DNA of 64,000 nt from Eledone cirrhosa (GCA_964016885.1 OZ024741.1:293570001-293634000); one strand, 5' to 3'. Shown: positions 13,799 to 26,613, counted from the first letter of the stretch. The notes: a model not told the origin generated them from the letters alone. Translations and numbers: made by a program.

Positions 13799-14085
13799 AA
13801 GGCAAGTGGCCGAATGTTAAGGGTGTTGAACTTACAATCATAATGTTGTGGGTTCAATTCCTGAGCTGGGTTGCATGTTTGTGTTCTTGAGTAAAACACT
13901 GCATTTTACATTGCTCCAGTATACTCAGCTGAAAATGAGTACCAGCAATAGCTGTGGGTTTAAACCTGCGATGGACTTGCATTCTGTCCGGGGGGGGGGG
14001 TCTTGCACTCTCAGTCACTTCACACCACAAGACTGGGATAATCACCGGCCTGACAAGCCTCTTTATTTAAGACAGACTTTAGACT
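13799..14085 (+). mobile_element. tRNA-headed SINE (family-A-like head, different tail)
   Basis: A/B-box-like TGGCCGAATGTT / GGTTCAATTCC followed by the TCTTGAGTAAAACACT..TTTTACATTGCTCCAG block; homologous to 14968-15245. Confidence 0.75.
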
Positions 14086-14262
14086 AGGCTTAGATTTACC
14101 ACCATATTGGAGAATAGGAAATTTAACAGTTTAGGGCTGACCTTTCATCAGAATGATAAACATTCGTTTTTCCAACTTTCCACTTTAACAAAATAGTTAT
14201 TTCCTTTCTTAAATGAAAAACTTCAAACTATCAGATTTTTCTTCCAAACAGCAGTTAATTAA

Positions 14263-14653
14263 ACTCTTTCAATACCACCCGAGACAGTCCCAGATTTTAT
14301 GATTCAAAGCTATATTTTTTAAACCTTTAACAATTAAACCAGCCATATCCAACCAAAATTCTCTTCCATATTTCTCTTCAAACTGGCCATAACTGGCCAA
14401 AACTGGCCACTCAAACTGATTTGAGATTATGTGGTATAAAACCTTTACCACAAAACTACAATAGTAAATATAGAATAATGTAAATACTAAAGAGTTAAAG
14501 TGACTGTTTATCTAAAACCCACCACCCATCATAATTTTATGTAAGAACTTTTAGTATGTTTGAAACAGCTACCAAATAATCAGAAAGTTAGCTTAAATCT
14601 CTACAAATTCTTAATTTTCAAAATTAATTAAAATCATATGTAGTATGAAAGGG
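14263..14653. mobile_element. piggyBac-like MITE containing a nested piggyBac-like MITE (14323-14494)
   Basis: Outer: TTAA-ACTCTTTCAATAC...GTATGAAAGGG-TTAA. Inner: TTAA-ACCTTTAACAATT...AATACTAAAGAG-TTAA, homologous to 42898-43118. Confidence 0.7.
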
Positions 14654-14967
14654 TTAATCCAAATTCACAAAAATCTCTATATAATTTTCTGAGATCTTAG
14701 ACAATTGAAAAAATTAATTTGCACTATTTCTATAGGTTCTGCGTTCAATTTCTGTCAAGGTTAATGTTGTCTTTCATCCTTTTGGGTTTCATAAAATAAA
14801 GTACCAGGCCATTGCAGTTGGATGAACAGAATTATCAGATATTTGGACAAAAATCCCTGCAGCATTTGTTCTGGATCTCAATTCAAGTTCAAATCCTACC
14901 AAGCTTTTGGTGTTGATAGAATATTGTTCCTATCTTGGGTGTTTGAATTGGAAGAATTGTTACAAGT

Positions 14968-15245
14968 AGAGGCATGTGGCTTTGTGGTAAGGGTGATGGA
15001 CTTCAATGTCATGCGTTCGATTCCTGAACTGGAGCGTATGTTGTGTTCTTGAGCAAAACACTTCATTTCACATTTCTCCAGTATACTCAGCTGAAAATAA
15101 ATACTAACAATAGCTGGGGATTTAACCCTGCAATGAACTGGCAGCCTCTCCAGCGGGGTGTCTTGTACATTCAGTTGCTTAGTGTCACAGAAACTGAGAT
15201 AAACACTACCCTGATGAGCCTCCTGGCTCGACACAAATTTTACAC
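14968..15245 (+). mobile_element. tRNA-headed SINE (same family as 13799-14085)
   Basis: TGGCTTTGTGG A box, GTTCGATTCC B box, same central block. Confidence 0.78.
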
Positions 15246-16099
15246 TTTTTACTAGATCAGATGCAATAGTTTGCTGTGGAAACTGCTGACATAGAGGTTC
15301 TCCTCAAAACCAAAACAGTTCCTCGGGTCATTTATGAAATCCACCCTAGAACATTTTATTATTTAGCATATTTCTGCAATATATATTTAGTTATAAGTTG
15401 TGGATGTACCACATTCTTCTCAATCATATCTCTCCTCCCATTTAATTTGTGCCATGCTAAGATAATCTGTTCCTTCATCTCCCAGCCACTTCCAACACTC
15501 CTCTGTTTGGTTTAATTAAACTACTGGCAACAATTCCATTCCAAAATGGAATTCTTCTGTTGTTTCCTGCTCAGCTTGATCATCTAAATTACACAGACAC
15601 ACACACATGTGTATGTGCATCTGAAGAAGACTGAGGTTGAATGAAAACCTGCTGATGGTGACAGTGGTGGTGGACATGATGTTAGAGATAGTTGTGGATA
15701 TGTTGACGATAAAATGATGCTAGTCATGGTGGTAATGAAGATGGTGGCAGTGATTATGGGAGAGAAACAAAGGAGGATGAGAAGATTTTTAAAAGATTTT
15801 GTAGAAAAATTTAATCTCATTAAAGAAGGGAAAATCTGGGAATGGATATGACATAAACTAAAACAATTAAGATGTCATTGTATATAATGTATGTATATGC
15901 AAGTGTGGAACAACAGACATAAAATGATGATGAATGAGTGAATATATATATAAGAGGTGTTTATAAAAGTATATGCTATATACACGCAATATATGGTAGC
16001 CTTGCTATGAAAGAAAAATAATTTTTCTTCGCACAAAATTTATTTTCTTTATATTTCTCTATGAACACATCACAGATTTCTCAGTAGCAGCTAGGAATG

Positions 16100-16530
16100 G
16101 GTGACAATGCTGTTTCAAATTTCGTCAATGTTTCATCTGTGACACCCACTCAAGCAGAACTAACATGGAGTCTATATAGATTTTGCATGATGAACATTCA
16201 CTAGACATGCTCATTTGCCTATAGCAAATAGAAAGCATCAGGTGGAAATCCTCATTTGCATATAGTACAAAGTGAACATCTCTTAATTTCTTTAATATAT
16301 AGAACAGACTTGTCTTGTATATTCCATTTAATTTTGTATGCTCTTCCTCGATCTTTCAGTTCCCAAACACGGTTTGCGAGTGCTGCTGCCTTCCCTGTCT
16401 TTGGGCGTCTGAAAGATGTGATATGGGCATTGAGGACATTTCCATGAATTTAGTGAAAGATGCATAAACCATCAGAAAAGAGCTTTATTTGAAGGAAAAT
16501 TGACATAAATAATCTTGAGATTCTTCTTAA
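16100..16530 (-). mobile_element. Penelope-like GIY-YIG C-terminal fragment, decayed
   Basis: Minus-strand translation NAHITSFRR...ALANRVWELKDRGRAYKIKWN...KRCSLC matches the HxxSF...LS..IW.LK...Y.IKW...CxLC pattern of PLE endonucleases. Confidence 0.65.
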
Positions 16531-16532
16531 CG

Positions 16533-16881
16533 CATCATCATCATCATCATCATTTCATTTTACGTCCGCTTTTTCCCTGCTTGCAAGGGTGGGACGGGAA
16601 CTGATTTTGGCTTGATTTCTACAGCTGGATGCCCTTCCTAACACCAACCTCATTTACAGTGAGTGCTGGGTGCTTTTTTGCCATGGCACCTGCGCGACCA
16701 CTTTGCAGTGGAATGATAGGGACCCCAGTCCCTATCATCTCATTTCTACAGCTGAGTAAACTGGAGCAATGTGAAATAAAGTGTCTTGCTCAAGGAAACA
16801 ACACATCACCCGGTCTGAGAATTGAACTCACAACCTTTCTATTGCAAGGCCAATGTTCTAACCACTAAGCCATGTGCCTCC
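16533..16881 (-). mobile_element. SINE family A copy
   Basis: Near-identical to 7858-8192 and 33720-34060. Confidence 0.9.
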
Positions 16882-17412
16882 ATTAAAACTATAATAAAGC
16901 AAGGACTGTGGACTGCATACGGTTTATTTCTTTTAATCCAGTTAGTAAAATATGTTGGATTACTTTGAATAAATAATGAATGAATATTACATAATTTATG
17001 TGCTAAATTTCATAAACAAATAATTTCGTAAAAATAAATAATCTAAAATTAACCTCTTTTCAAAGTTGCACTTCCGGTATATCGTCGCCACCACCACTTC
17101 AACTACCATATATATAGAAAGAGAGAGTGTGTGATGAGACTGATAGAGATTTTCTACACACTGACACGTATGAGTGTGCACATACATATATCTATATGTA
17201 TGAGTATATAACTATAATGGCGCAAACACAAACTTATAAAAATACACACTCACGGACATAATTCACACATACATTCACACATATACATTTACACAAACAC
17301 ACACATACAGTCATGATAGCTTTCAGTTTAATTGGAAATGGGAGGGTAAACGTTATTTATTCACTCTTTATTTATTTAGTAACTCATTTTTTAAAAAACT
17401 AATTTCATATTA

Positions 17413-17897
17413 CTATCAGAAAAACCACCCTTCGGGTGGTTTTCTGCTAGCATGTGTAGTGTGTATATTGATATTATACGCAAGTATATATGCATGTAGA
17501 TATGATACATCAAATAAAACCGTAATTGACAATATACACAGAAATTGAATGAAGACTGTGTTACACTGTCTTCTGTAATCAGTAATGTAATCCATGATAC
17601 ATTAAAAAAAGATGATATTATATATAAAGTGCATTAGGAGAAAATTAGTGACATAAATATAGGAATATTTATTTAAACGATCGCTAACCGAAAGTGTTGA
17701 CATTTGAAAATGTTAAAGAAGTGAATCTTTAAATAAGTAATAAAATATATTTAATGAACAGCCACGAATTTAGTAGATAAATTATGTAATATTCATTCAT
17801 TATTTATTCAAGGTATTTATTCAACTTATTTTACTAAGGGAATAAAAAATGATAAACCGTACGCAGTCTCGCGCTTCTTACTTTATTATAGTGTAGA
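17413..17897 (-). mobile_element. Complete non-autonomous Helitron (~485 bp)
   Basis: Minus strand: host A|TCTACACTATAATAAAG ... GCTAGCAGAAAACCACCCGAAGGGTGGTTTTTCTGATAG|T; its last ~200 bp match 25050-25230. Confidence 0.85.
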
Positions 17898-18099
17898 TTA
17901 AGCACTGTTGTACATCCATTGATTAGACATATATAATAGCATATAAATTATGTCTGATATAGACACACATACACATAAATCGTCTTCCGAAGTTAGTGAA
18001 GCTATTATTAATCCTCCCCGGGTGAAGTAACTTGCAAATTCTTCGTAATTCATGAAATGCAAAAATAAATCTATTCATACATAGACATATATGTAGACG

Positions 18100-18272
18100 A
18101 AGTCTGGTCAAGTGCGCATGCGCGAAGGGCAGTCCGAAGTGCGCATGCGAGGAGGCTGGACCGAAGTGCACATGTGCTGAGGCTTGTCCGTACTGCACAT
18201 GCGCGAAGGCTGGTCCGTACTGCGCATGCGCGAAGGCTGGTCTGAAGTGTGCAAGCACGGAGGCTGGTCCGT
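18100..18272. repeat. 27-bp GC-rich tandem repeat (6 copies) in the PLE 3' UTR
   Basis: Unit ~GTGCGCATGCGCGAAGGCTGGTCCGAA; 9-aa periodicity in ORF 17923..18258. Confidence 0.9.
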
Positions 18273-18509
18273 TACATTGTATGTCTACGCCATTTTTATT
18301 TAGTCTGTCTATATATTTATTTATTTATTTGTTTGTTTATTTTATTTTGTCTTCTTTGCGCATGCGTTTGCGTGTGTGTATAGTGTTTTGTTTGATGTGT
18401 GTTCGTGATTGGGTGACTGTGTATCGGTTAATGTATTCTATCTTTACTAGTGTGTGTTTATATGTGTTTGTTGTTATTGTGCTTGTGTATGTATTTATTT
18501 ATTTATTTA

Positions 18510-20868
18510 TTTATACTTCTCTTAGGTCAGTGTTGTTTGTTTGGGTATTGTTGTTATTCCATTCATTCTTTCTGTTTAGCCTTGGCCTTCTAAGTTCTAT
18601 TTCATTGGCCTCTCTGATTTACCTATCTGCAGGGTCATTTCTATGTTTAGATATTATTCTAATTTCTATGTTGTCTATGTTACCGTCGTGTTGTTGTCTG
18701 GCATGTTCGTATAGTACTGACCCGTTTTTTCGTCCTTTTAGTTCCCCCCAGTGTTGGTCTATCCTTTCACCTATGCTACGAGCTGTCTCGCCTATGTATG
18801 TTGTTGTCATGTTTCTGCAAGTACCCTCTGTAATCTTATGCTATAGACTACGTTTCTAGTTTTACAGTTTATCCGGGGGTTTACCTTACATATGATACAT
18901 TTCCTATTAGTACAGTGGGTTTTCTTAAAAGGGTAGGTTTTGCTGATCAGGGATTTTATGGTGGTTCCTGGCTTTTCTACCACCTTAATCTTTAAGTGGG
19001 TCTTTCTCAGGGCCTTTCTACACTGGTTAGCTAAGTTACCTCCAGGGGTAGCGTCCACAAACATGACACTCTGGTATCTCTGGTTGTCGTACCATGAAGT
19101 GGCTTTCCCTATCTTATGTCTAGCCCTATCTAAGCTATTCCATGATTTTCTCCTGTATAATGGGCAAATTCATTCATGTCCAGTTCTATGAGGGTCCTAT
19201 ACTTCTCCATGGCTCCTTCGTATACTCTGACTCGGTCTCTTTGGTTGTAGCCAGAGAACTGCATGCGGTTGATGAAGTGTTGGATGTGTCTTTCCATTTC
19301 TGTTGGGTCGCACATGCTGGACACATTCTTCATCACTCGTACCAAATCTGCGATCAGAATATTAAACTTAGCACTACTGGACATTGCTGATTTTTGAGTA
19401 TCAGGTATTTGGAGGCCATGGGTTTAGCATAGTGTGAGTGGGGAATTTGGGCCCTCTCGTCTATAGTGTTAATCCAGAGTTCCGTGTCTAATACAGGTAG
19501 TCTATTGTTAGCGTGTTTGGAAGGGAAGTCGATAGTGACAGTTATACTCTGGTGTATGGAATTAGCTATCTGCTGGATGTTTTCCATTGTGCTACGTTCT
19601 AAATCAAACTTGTTAGTACTCTCTAGTGGGGATGTTCTTATAACTATATTGATATCGTCTACGTAACGAGAGTACATGATGAGGTCTATGGAGCTCTCAT
19701 GAAGGAGATCTTTAAGTCTCCTTTCCCACCATGCCATGAAAAGGTTGGCAACATCACCAGCTATGCTGACGCCAATGGCTGCTCCCTCATTTTGAGTGTA
19801 GATCTTCTCGTTGAACTTGAATATGTGGCCCTTTAGGGTAGTTTTGATACTAGCCCCTATTGCATGTGCGACCATTTTTCTTACCTGATCATTGTTTTGG
19901 GGGGTCCGTATAGCTTTGGTCCACCCAATTCACCTTCCCATGGGAGTCTTTTTTGCCATTGAGGTTATGGTGGGGGGTCTACCTCTTATGGGTCTACTAG
20001 GGCAGAAACGTCTAAGGTCATGGCTGTCTAGGTAGTCAGTGTCGTAGGTAAGTCTAAGTAGGAGGCCCAGTTCGTCTGTATCGACGTCGCAGAACTCCAC
20101 CTCACTCTCAATGATCATCTCCACACATTTTTCCACAGCAAAATCAATGTTAATGGATGGGTACAGTGATACCACATCCATGCTGCCTATTATGCAGTTG
20201 GATAGGTTCCTGTTTTTATTGCACTCACTGATTCTGCTTAGGAGGTCCTCTGTACTGTCACATACATCTGGGGACATCTTGATTATGGGGCGTATAACCA
20301 TTGAGAGGAAGTAGGAGATCCTGTAGTTGCTAGCTATATTAGCTCCGCATACGGGTCTTGTTGGTTGTCCTGTTGTCGGGTCGTCGACTGTCTTGTGGTT
20401 TTTGCGGAGCCCATACAAGGGTGGTATGCCATTGTTAGACGCCTGGAAGTTGTTGGCAGTGCGTCTGCTTGGCTTTAGGATGTCAGTCCACATCATCATG
20501 TGAGCGTTGAGGATTTTCTCTCTCCCATCATGTGTTTGCTGTGCAATTTCGCTCGTGTTGGTGATGTGGGGTTGCATAGCCTTGATGTAGTTCGGCATGC
20601 TATCTATTGACATCTTACCAGACTTATCCGTGGGTAGACATACTACCTCACCATCCCTTGTGCGCTGCTTGAGGCTAACCAAGCCTTCTACAGGTTTCCT
20701 CCCACGTTGTTGGGCCTCTGGTCTGCTCTGTCTCTTAGTATACCGGTCTACTATTTGTCTAATCTTATTTCTAGCTATGGTGAACTGTGCCTCTGTCTCG
20801 TCATCTATTTGTTGTGGTATGCAAACTCTTTTATTAAAGGGTAACCGCGTAGGATAGATATTACCCAT
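18510..20868 (-). pseudogene. PLE reverse transcriptase-GIY-YIG polyprotein, frameshifted
   Basis: PTDKSGK, PPLYGLRK.HK, GSMDVVSLYPSI, GAAIGVSIAG..ANLFM, YSRYVDD, HYAKPMAS, MQFSGY, CTNRKCIIC..NCKTRNVVY, YIGETARS.GER..QH. Confidence 0.9.
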
Positions 20869-21989
20869 CTTATATGTTTTATATATATATAGACACACAT
20901 ACATACTGCACACAAATCGTGTTCCGAGGTTAGTGAAGCTATTATTAATCCTCCCTAGATGAAGTAACTTGCAAATTCTTCATAATTCTTGAAATGCAAT
21001 TATACATCTAACGGACACACTTTCTAGAATAGATATATTTGTGTGTGCGTGTGTGTGTGTGTGTGTGAGAGAGGTAGATAGACAGGTAGGTTGGCAGGTA
21101 GATAGAAAGGTCGATAGATCGATACGTAGATATATAGGTAGGTAGATAGAAAGATAGACGATAGTGTGTTTATCTGTATATGTGGCTGTGTGTATGTATG
21201 TGAAGATGTGGAAATAAGGAAAGGATAATTTACTACAGTACTAATGATTCAATCCACATGTGTATATTGTTTTTACCATTACATAGGTACATAGACTCAC
21301 TCACACACGTATATATATATATATATGTGTGTGTGATGTGTTTATGTGTGTGTATATGTGTGTATCTGTGTGTGCGCATAAGTGTTTATGTGTATGTATA
21401 TGTGTGTGTGTATCTGTTTGCTTATGTGTGTTACTGTATCTGTGTATGTGTGCATATGTGTGTGCGTTTATGTCCGTGTGTGTGTCTCGTTGTTGTAATG
21501 TTGAGAGTTCGAAGCCCATCAGTGCGTTGTGCTCTTGAGCAAGACACTTTATTTCGCCTTTCTTCTCTCCACTAAAGTTACAAAAAGTGTACTCTGCCAG
21601 TAAGTCGAAGAACCGATGTAGTCCCACTCTGAAAACCTCCATTATACGTGTCTATGGAATGCTCAGACACTCTCACCTTAATTTCAGGCAGTTCCATTTG
21701 AGAAACCTAGCTGGAAGAATCCTCGTCGCAAGCGATAGGGTACCATCATACATATGAACACATAGACACACACACACATGTTTCAAAGCGAATAGAAGAG
21801 ATCGATAAAATAAGTACTAGATTTTAGAATATATGTACTGGAATTGAGGTCAAGAAAATCCTTTAATTGTGGTACCCCAGCATGGGCACAGTCTAACGTC
21901 TGAAACAAGTGCAGGCCTGAGAATTGTTCTTCCTCCTTCAATCTATGGTTCCCCTTGCTTCTACAGTCAATGCTTTCAGAATTCGATGA

Positions 21990-24762
21990 CTGTGGTTTGA
22001 CACATGGGAAAGCCATCTTACTTCATCACAGTAACAACTAACCCTAACTGGGATGAAATAAAAAATAGTTTGTACCCTGGTGAAGAACCTAGAGACTGTC
22101 CTGATATTTGTGCAAGAGTCTTCAAGATCAAGTATGACAGCCTCATGGATGACATACTGGAAAAAAATGTCTTAGGAAAAGTTGTGGCTCATTCTGCTAC
22201 AATAGAGTGGCAGAAAATGAGGCCTCACTCATGCTCATATTCTGCTGATAATGGCTGAAGATAGCAAGCCCGAAATTGCTGATGCCATTGATCAGGTAGT
22301 GTACTGTGAGATCCCTGATAAAGAGACCAATCCAATTCTGCATAAGATCATCACATCCTGCAACATTCATGGCCCATGTGGACAAGCTATGATGTGCTCA
22401 TGTATGGAAGGGTTAGGTCAACAACGCCATTGCTCAAAAGGTTATCCCAAGGCATTCAGACAAACGATATTTGTTGCCGAAAATTCCTTTCCGGAGTATA
22501 GAAGAAGGGATAGACAACATGGTGGTCACACCCATACAATCCAACTTAAAGGTCAAGAATTTACTGTTGATAATCGTTGGATACAACCCTTTCCTCTCAT
22601 TGAGATATCAGTGCCACATCAATTGTGAGGTTGCCCACAGTGTCAAGGCTGTTAAGTACTTATATAAGTACATCAGAAAAGGATCAGACAAGATCACTTT
22701 CACTATTAAGGATGATCAAGGAAATTGTGGCCATGCCCCAAATGAGATTGAGACATATATCTCAGCCATTCTGGAGAATCTATAAATTTCCATTACATCA
22801 TCGAAAACCACCAGTTGAAAAGTTGCCTTGCCATTTACCTGGGGAACAAATGGTCATGTATGTGTGAGGGCAGGAAGAAAGTATTGACGTAATATTTTCA
22901 ACTGAATATTAGAGACCCATTGGCACAAAATATATTGTATATTGATATTCCTAAATATTTCACTTGGATATTCCTGAATATTTCACTTGGACAAACAAAA
23001 AGTGGCAAAGAAGAAAAAAGCGACATCTGGATGGTGATCAACAATTTATAAGTGAATCTCTTGGATGCATTCCAACAGTATCTCTCAGTAGACATCAATA
23101 TGAATTATATTAGCTCTGGATGATCCTACATCACAAGGCTAGGTCAACTTCATACAAAGATTTGAGGACAATTGAAGGAGTTGAATTTCCAACATTCCAA
23201 GAAGCATGCAGGAAACTTGGTCTGATAGATGAAGATGGAGAAAAAGACAAAGCTATGGAAGAGGCCTCATCCATTACTCAAGCTGCAAGAGATCTTCTGC
23301 ACCATTTTATTGTACAGCATGCCAACTATAGACTTCCTCGACCAGACCCAACTATTGTTGCCATACCAGAAATCAACAAGGTTCTTATGGCAGAAACTGA
23401 TTTCATTACACACCAACTGCAAGCAAACATAAATGAACTTCTGCCAACATTGAATCCTGAGCAACTGGTTATTTTTCACAAAGTAATCACCTCTGTAAAT
23501 GAAAATGAAGGCAGAATTTTCTGTTTGAATGCAAGTGCAGGTACAGGAAAGACCTATGTCATAAACATCCTATTGGATTACCTCCGATCTAAAAAAAAAA
23601 TTACACTTGCCACTGCCATATCTGGAATAGCAGCCACTTTGCTTCACAAAGGTAGAACTCTTCATTCCAAGTGCAAGATTCCTCTCAATGTGACTGCTGA
23701 ATCAACTTGCTTCTTCACAAAGAGGGATGACACAGGTAAACTTATGCAGCAAGCTGACCTTCTAATCATTGATGAGATAGGTATGGGACATAAGCATATC
23801 TTTGGATGCCTTGACAGGAGCTTCAAAGATGTTTGAGATTGCATAAAGCCATTTGGTGGTCTAACAGTATTACTATCTGGTGACTGGAAGCATATTCTTC
23901 CAGTTGTACGTCATGGTGTTAGACCACAAATAGTTGAGGCAACCATCAAGAGATCCTATCTCTGGGACTATGTGGAAACCATGGAGATGACAACCAATCA
24001 GCGGTTAATTAATGCAGAGGATTCTGATGAAAGACAGTTTGCAAACTACCTTCTTGATATGGGAAATGGTAACATTCCAACTGTTCCAACTGTAGGCGCA
24101 TTCACAATTCTTCTGCCAAATGAACTTTGTCTGGAATATGGTAATGTGCCTGGACTGTGTGATTTTGTGTATACAAATCTTCCAGGAAACTACACAAATG
24201 ATGCAGCAAGATTGGTGAAAAAGTTCCCAGGTCATGAAATAATCTACAAAAGCTCTGATACAGTAGATAATGAACTGCAATATCCAATTGAGTTCATCAA
24301 CAAACGTACCGTTCATGCTTCCCAACACACATACCTAAACTGAAGAAAGGCAGTTGCATCACGCTTCTGAGAAATCTGGATCCTCTGAATGGGCATTGCA
24401 ATGGTACATGCTACAGCATCATCAGTTTACATAACCATGTAATTGAAGCTGAAGTGGCATTGGGTCCCAATGCTGGAACAAGGTTGCTAATCCCAAGGAT
24501 ACCACATGTATCTCAAGAACTTGAGTTCCCTTTCGCCTTTACTCGCAAGCAATTTCCTGTCAAACCAGCCTTTGCTCTTACATGCAACAAGGCACAAGGG
24601 CAGACATTTGAAAAGATAGGTGTATATCTACCAACACAATTCTTCTCACATGGTCAGATGTATGTTGCATTACCACGAGTTACAAAAACAGAAAATATAA
24701 AAATATTAAATGAAAGGGGTCTGTTTGCTGACAACTGTGTCTACAAAGAAATTCTACAGTGA
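21990..24762 (+). pseudogene. Helitron Rep (HUH/Y2) - PIF1 helicase, many stops and frameshifts, N-terminus missing
   Basis: GKPSYFITVTTNPNW, EWQK..GLTHAHIL (frameshifted), YNPFLS..YQCHINCE..SVKAVKYLYKYI.KG, ASAGTGKT, LLIIDE, QFPVKPAFALTCNKAQGQT, FSHGQMYVAL. Confidence 0.93.
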
Positions 24763-25234
24763 TGTGAAACAGCTATCACTCTCTTTTAGTTGAAATGCAT
24801 TTCAGTTTCTTTTTAACTGCTAGAAAAGGGACACTACAAAAACTTAAGAAGTCTATATGTGAATACAGTAAAACAACAATATAGCGGAGGTCAACTCTTC
24901 ATATTGGTAAATGTAATTCATTCATTCATACCAGCAGCATCTATTTTCAAATTCACTGCTTGAAGCTTCCCATCGACATTCTCAAGTGAAGATTCATGAA
25001 CATTTTCCGTCAACACTTTCATCGCTTTTCCATCTCCGTTATCACCTTTTTTTAAAATGTATCATGGATTACTTTACTGATTACTGAAGTAAGTGTAACA
25101 CTGTCTTTGTTCAGTTTATGTGCATATTGTCAATTTACGTATTATATCTATGTGCATATATATTTGCGTATATCAATAAACACACTATAAATGCTAGCAG
25201 AAAACCGGCCGAGGGCGGTTCTTCTGCTAGTGTA

Positions 25235-25600
25235 CCTAATAAAACCATTGTTAACATTGATAACTGCTTCACAATGAGCTCTGAAACTTTGACCTGACTG
25301 AATCAGATGATCTTTATCTATTTTGGACATTGTGCTGTTTATGGTGCAATTCAAAGATTTTAGTGTTGTTGGGGAATTGATTTACTTTCCTCTTGCCTAT
25401 GTGCCATATGAAGTAATCCAAGGAATCGGTCCAGATAGCTAAGAGGCCATATGTTTGGGGTGATGTGATCATGGAGATTGTAACTCATCCATTCTTGGGT
25501 CATCTTGGTTTATGAGATGGGACAGAGATTGTTGGTTGGTGTCCAGACTTCCTTTGCTCATTCTGTTTATTCAAAGCCTCACAACCCTCTCCAACACCTC
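25235..25600 (-). mobile_element. Tc1/mariner (maT, DD37D-like) transposase C-terminal fragment
   Basis: Minus strand reads approximately QQ..SHK.KMTQEWM..NLHDHITPNIWP...DY...DKDHLIQSGQSFRAHCEAVINVNNGFI. Confidence 0.7.
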
Positions 25601-25669
25601 CTTTTAAGAACACCCCACCACCCCGCCCGTATTGATTATAACTATACAGCATGTAAAGTAAGCCCATAG

Positions 25670-26340
25670 GTAAACTGCAAATCTAGGAATGCAGTCTATA
25701 TGATAAGGTGTACAGAGGGGTGGTGTAGAAACATGACAGTGTTTGAAACCTTGCAATAAATATCACACAAAAAATGAGATATTTAGATTGTGACCCATAC
25801 TTAAAATCACTTCTCCTGCCAGCATGGAAATATACAGGTCCAGACAAACAAAACCCTACTATTTTACACCTGCCTTAATCCACTATGTTGGTTTCATTCC
25901 TATACACATATCATCCCGCACCTTAATGTTTTCAATACAATAAGCTAGTGTAAATATTATACACATAAATGCACACACACATACACACATGCACCCATAC
26001 ATCACACATACATATTTAACAAACAATATCACCCCATACTTCAATAAAAAAAAAAACATGCTTGCACTAAATAAAAATATAACAATCTACACAGAAAACA
26101 TACATACACACTTTAACAATTATAGTTACATTCTAAAATATAAATATACAGACACAGGAGTTACTCACTCTGAATAACAAAATACACACTTTATTACACC
26201 CTTTCTACCTGACGAGATCTCATTCATACCAACAACAGTCATCATAATTTCTTGTTTGAATGATAAGCAACATCTAGCAAGGATCATGTCTCCATGACCT
26301 ATGCAGGCTTTGAAACCTTAGTTAGCAAGCAAATGTGTTG
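25670..26340 (+). mobile_element. Penelope-like GIY-YIG fragment and 3' region, highly decayed
   Basis: NCKSRNAVYMIRC at ~25674-25712 and ..PHLN near 25920; CTGACGA hammerhead-like core start at ~26209. Confidence 0.5.
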
Positions 26341-26349
26341 AGTATCATT

Positions 26350-26550
26350 AATAATAACAATTGTTTGTATTTTAGGCACAAGACCAGCAATTACCTAGTA
26401 CATTACTGGTACTTTATTTTATCGACCCCGTAAGGATGAAAGGCAAAGTTAACCTCGGCGGGATTTGAACTCAGATCATAAAGGGACATAACTCTATGCT
26501 TCAAAGCATGGTGTCCGACTCTCTACCGATACTGCCAATCCACCGCCCTA
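26350..26550 (-). mobile_element. SINE family B (Meta-domain-like) with (ATT)n tail
   Basis: Minus strand has the GAGTTCAAATCC B box then GCCTTTCATCCTTACGGGGTCGATAAAATAAAGTACCAG. Other copies at ~32790-32978(-), 40850-40992(+), 44420-44635(+), 51620-51805(-), 51810-51997(-), 52585-52773(-), 57838-57982(+). Confidence 0.85.
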
Positions 26551-26613
26551 TAATAATAATATATATATTCAATGATATTAAATAAATGGAAACTATATTT
26601 ATAAAACCATATT

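Larger units (their letters stand above)
17925..21035 (-). mobile_element. Penelope-like retroelement (RT + C-terminal GIY-YIG) with ~100-bp direct terminal repeats
   Basis: Direct repeats at ~17965-18062 and ~20895-21000 flank the coding region. Confidence 0.9.
16883..25230 (+). mobile_element. Decayed autonomous-type Helitron with nested insertions
   Basis: 16883-17010 matches the 5' end of the non-autonomous Helitron at 17413-17897; RepHel remnants at ~21990-24762; 3' end is a hairpin plus CTAG|T at 25230. Assigning the 5' end to this copy is inference. Confidence 0.7.

Noticed and set aside
15210-15235. CTGATGAGCC..GGCTC hammerhead-like start in a SINE tail
   Set aside because: No following GAAA, stem III or stem I.
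17965-18062. HDV-like ribozyme in the PLE terminal repeat
   Set aside because: Partial P2/P4-like pairing is visible, but I could not assign P1, P3 and L3 consistently in both repeat copies.
17413-25230. 7.8-kb transposon bounded by ~200-bp terminal inverted repeats
   Set aside because: The inverted repeats are Helitron 3' ends in opposite orientation; the left one belongs to a complete mini-Helitron with its own 5' TC end.
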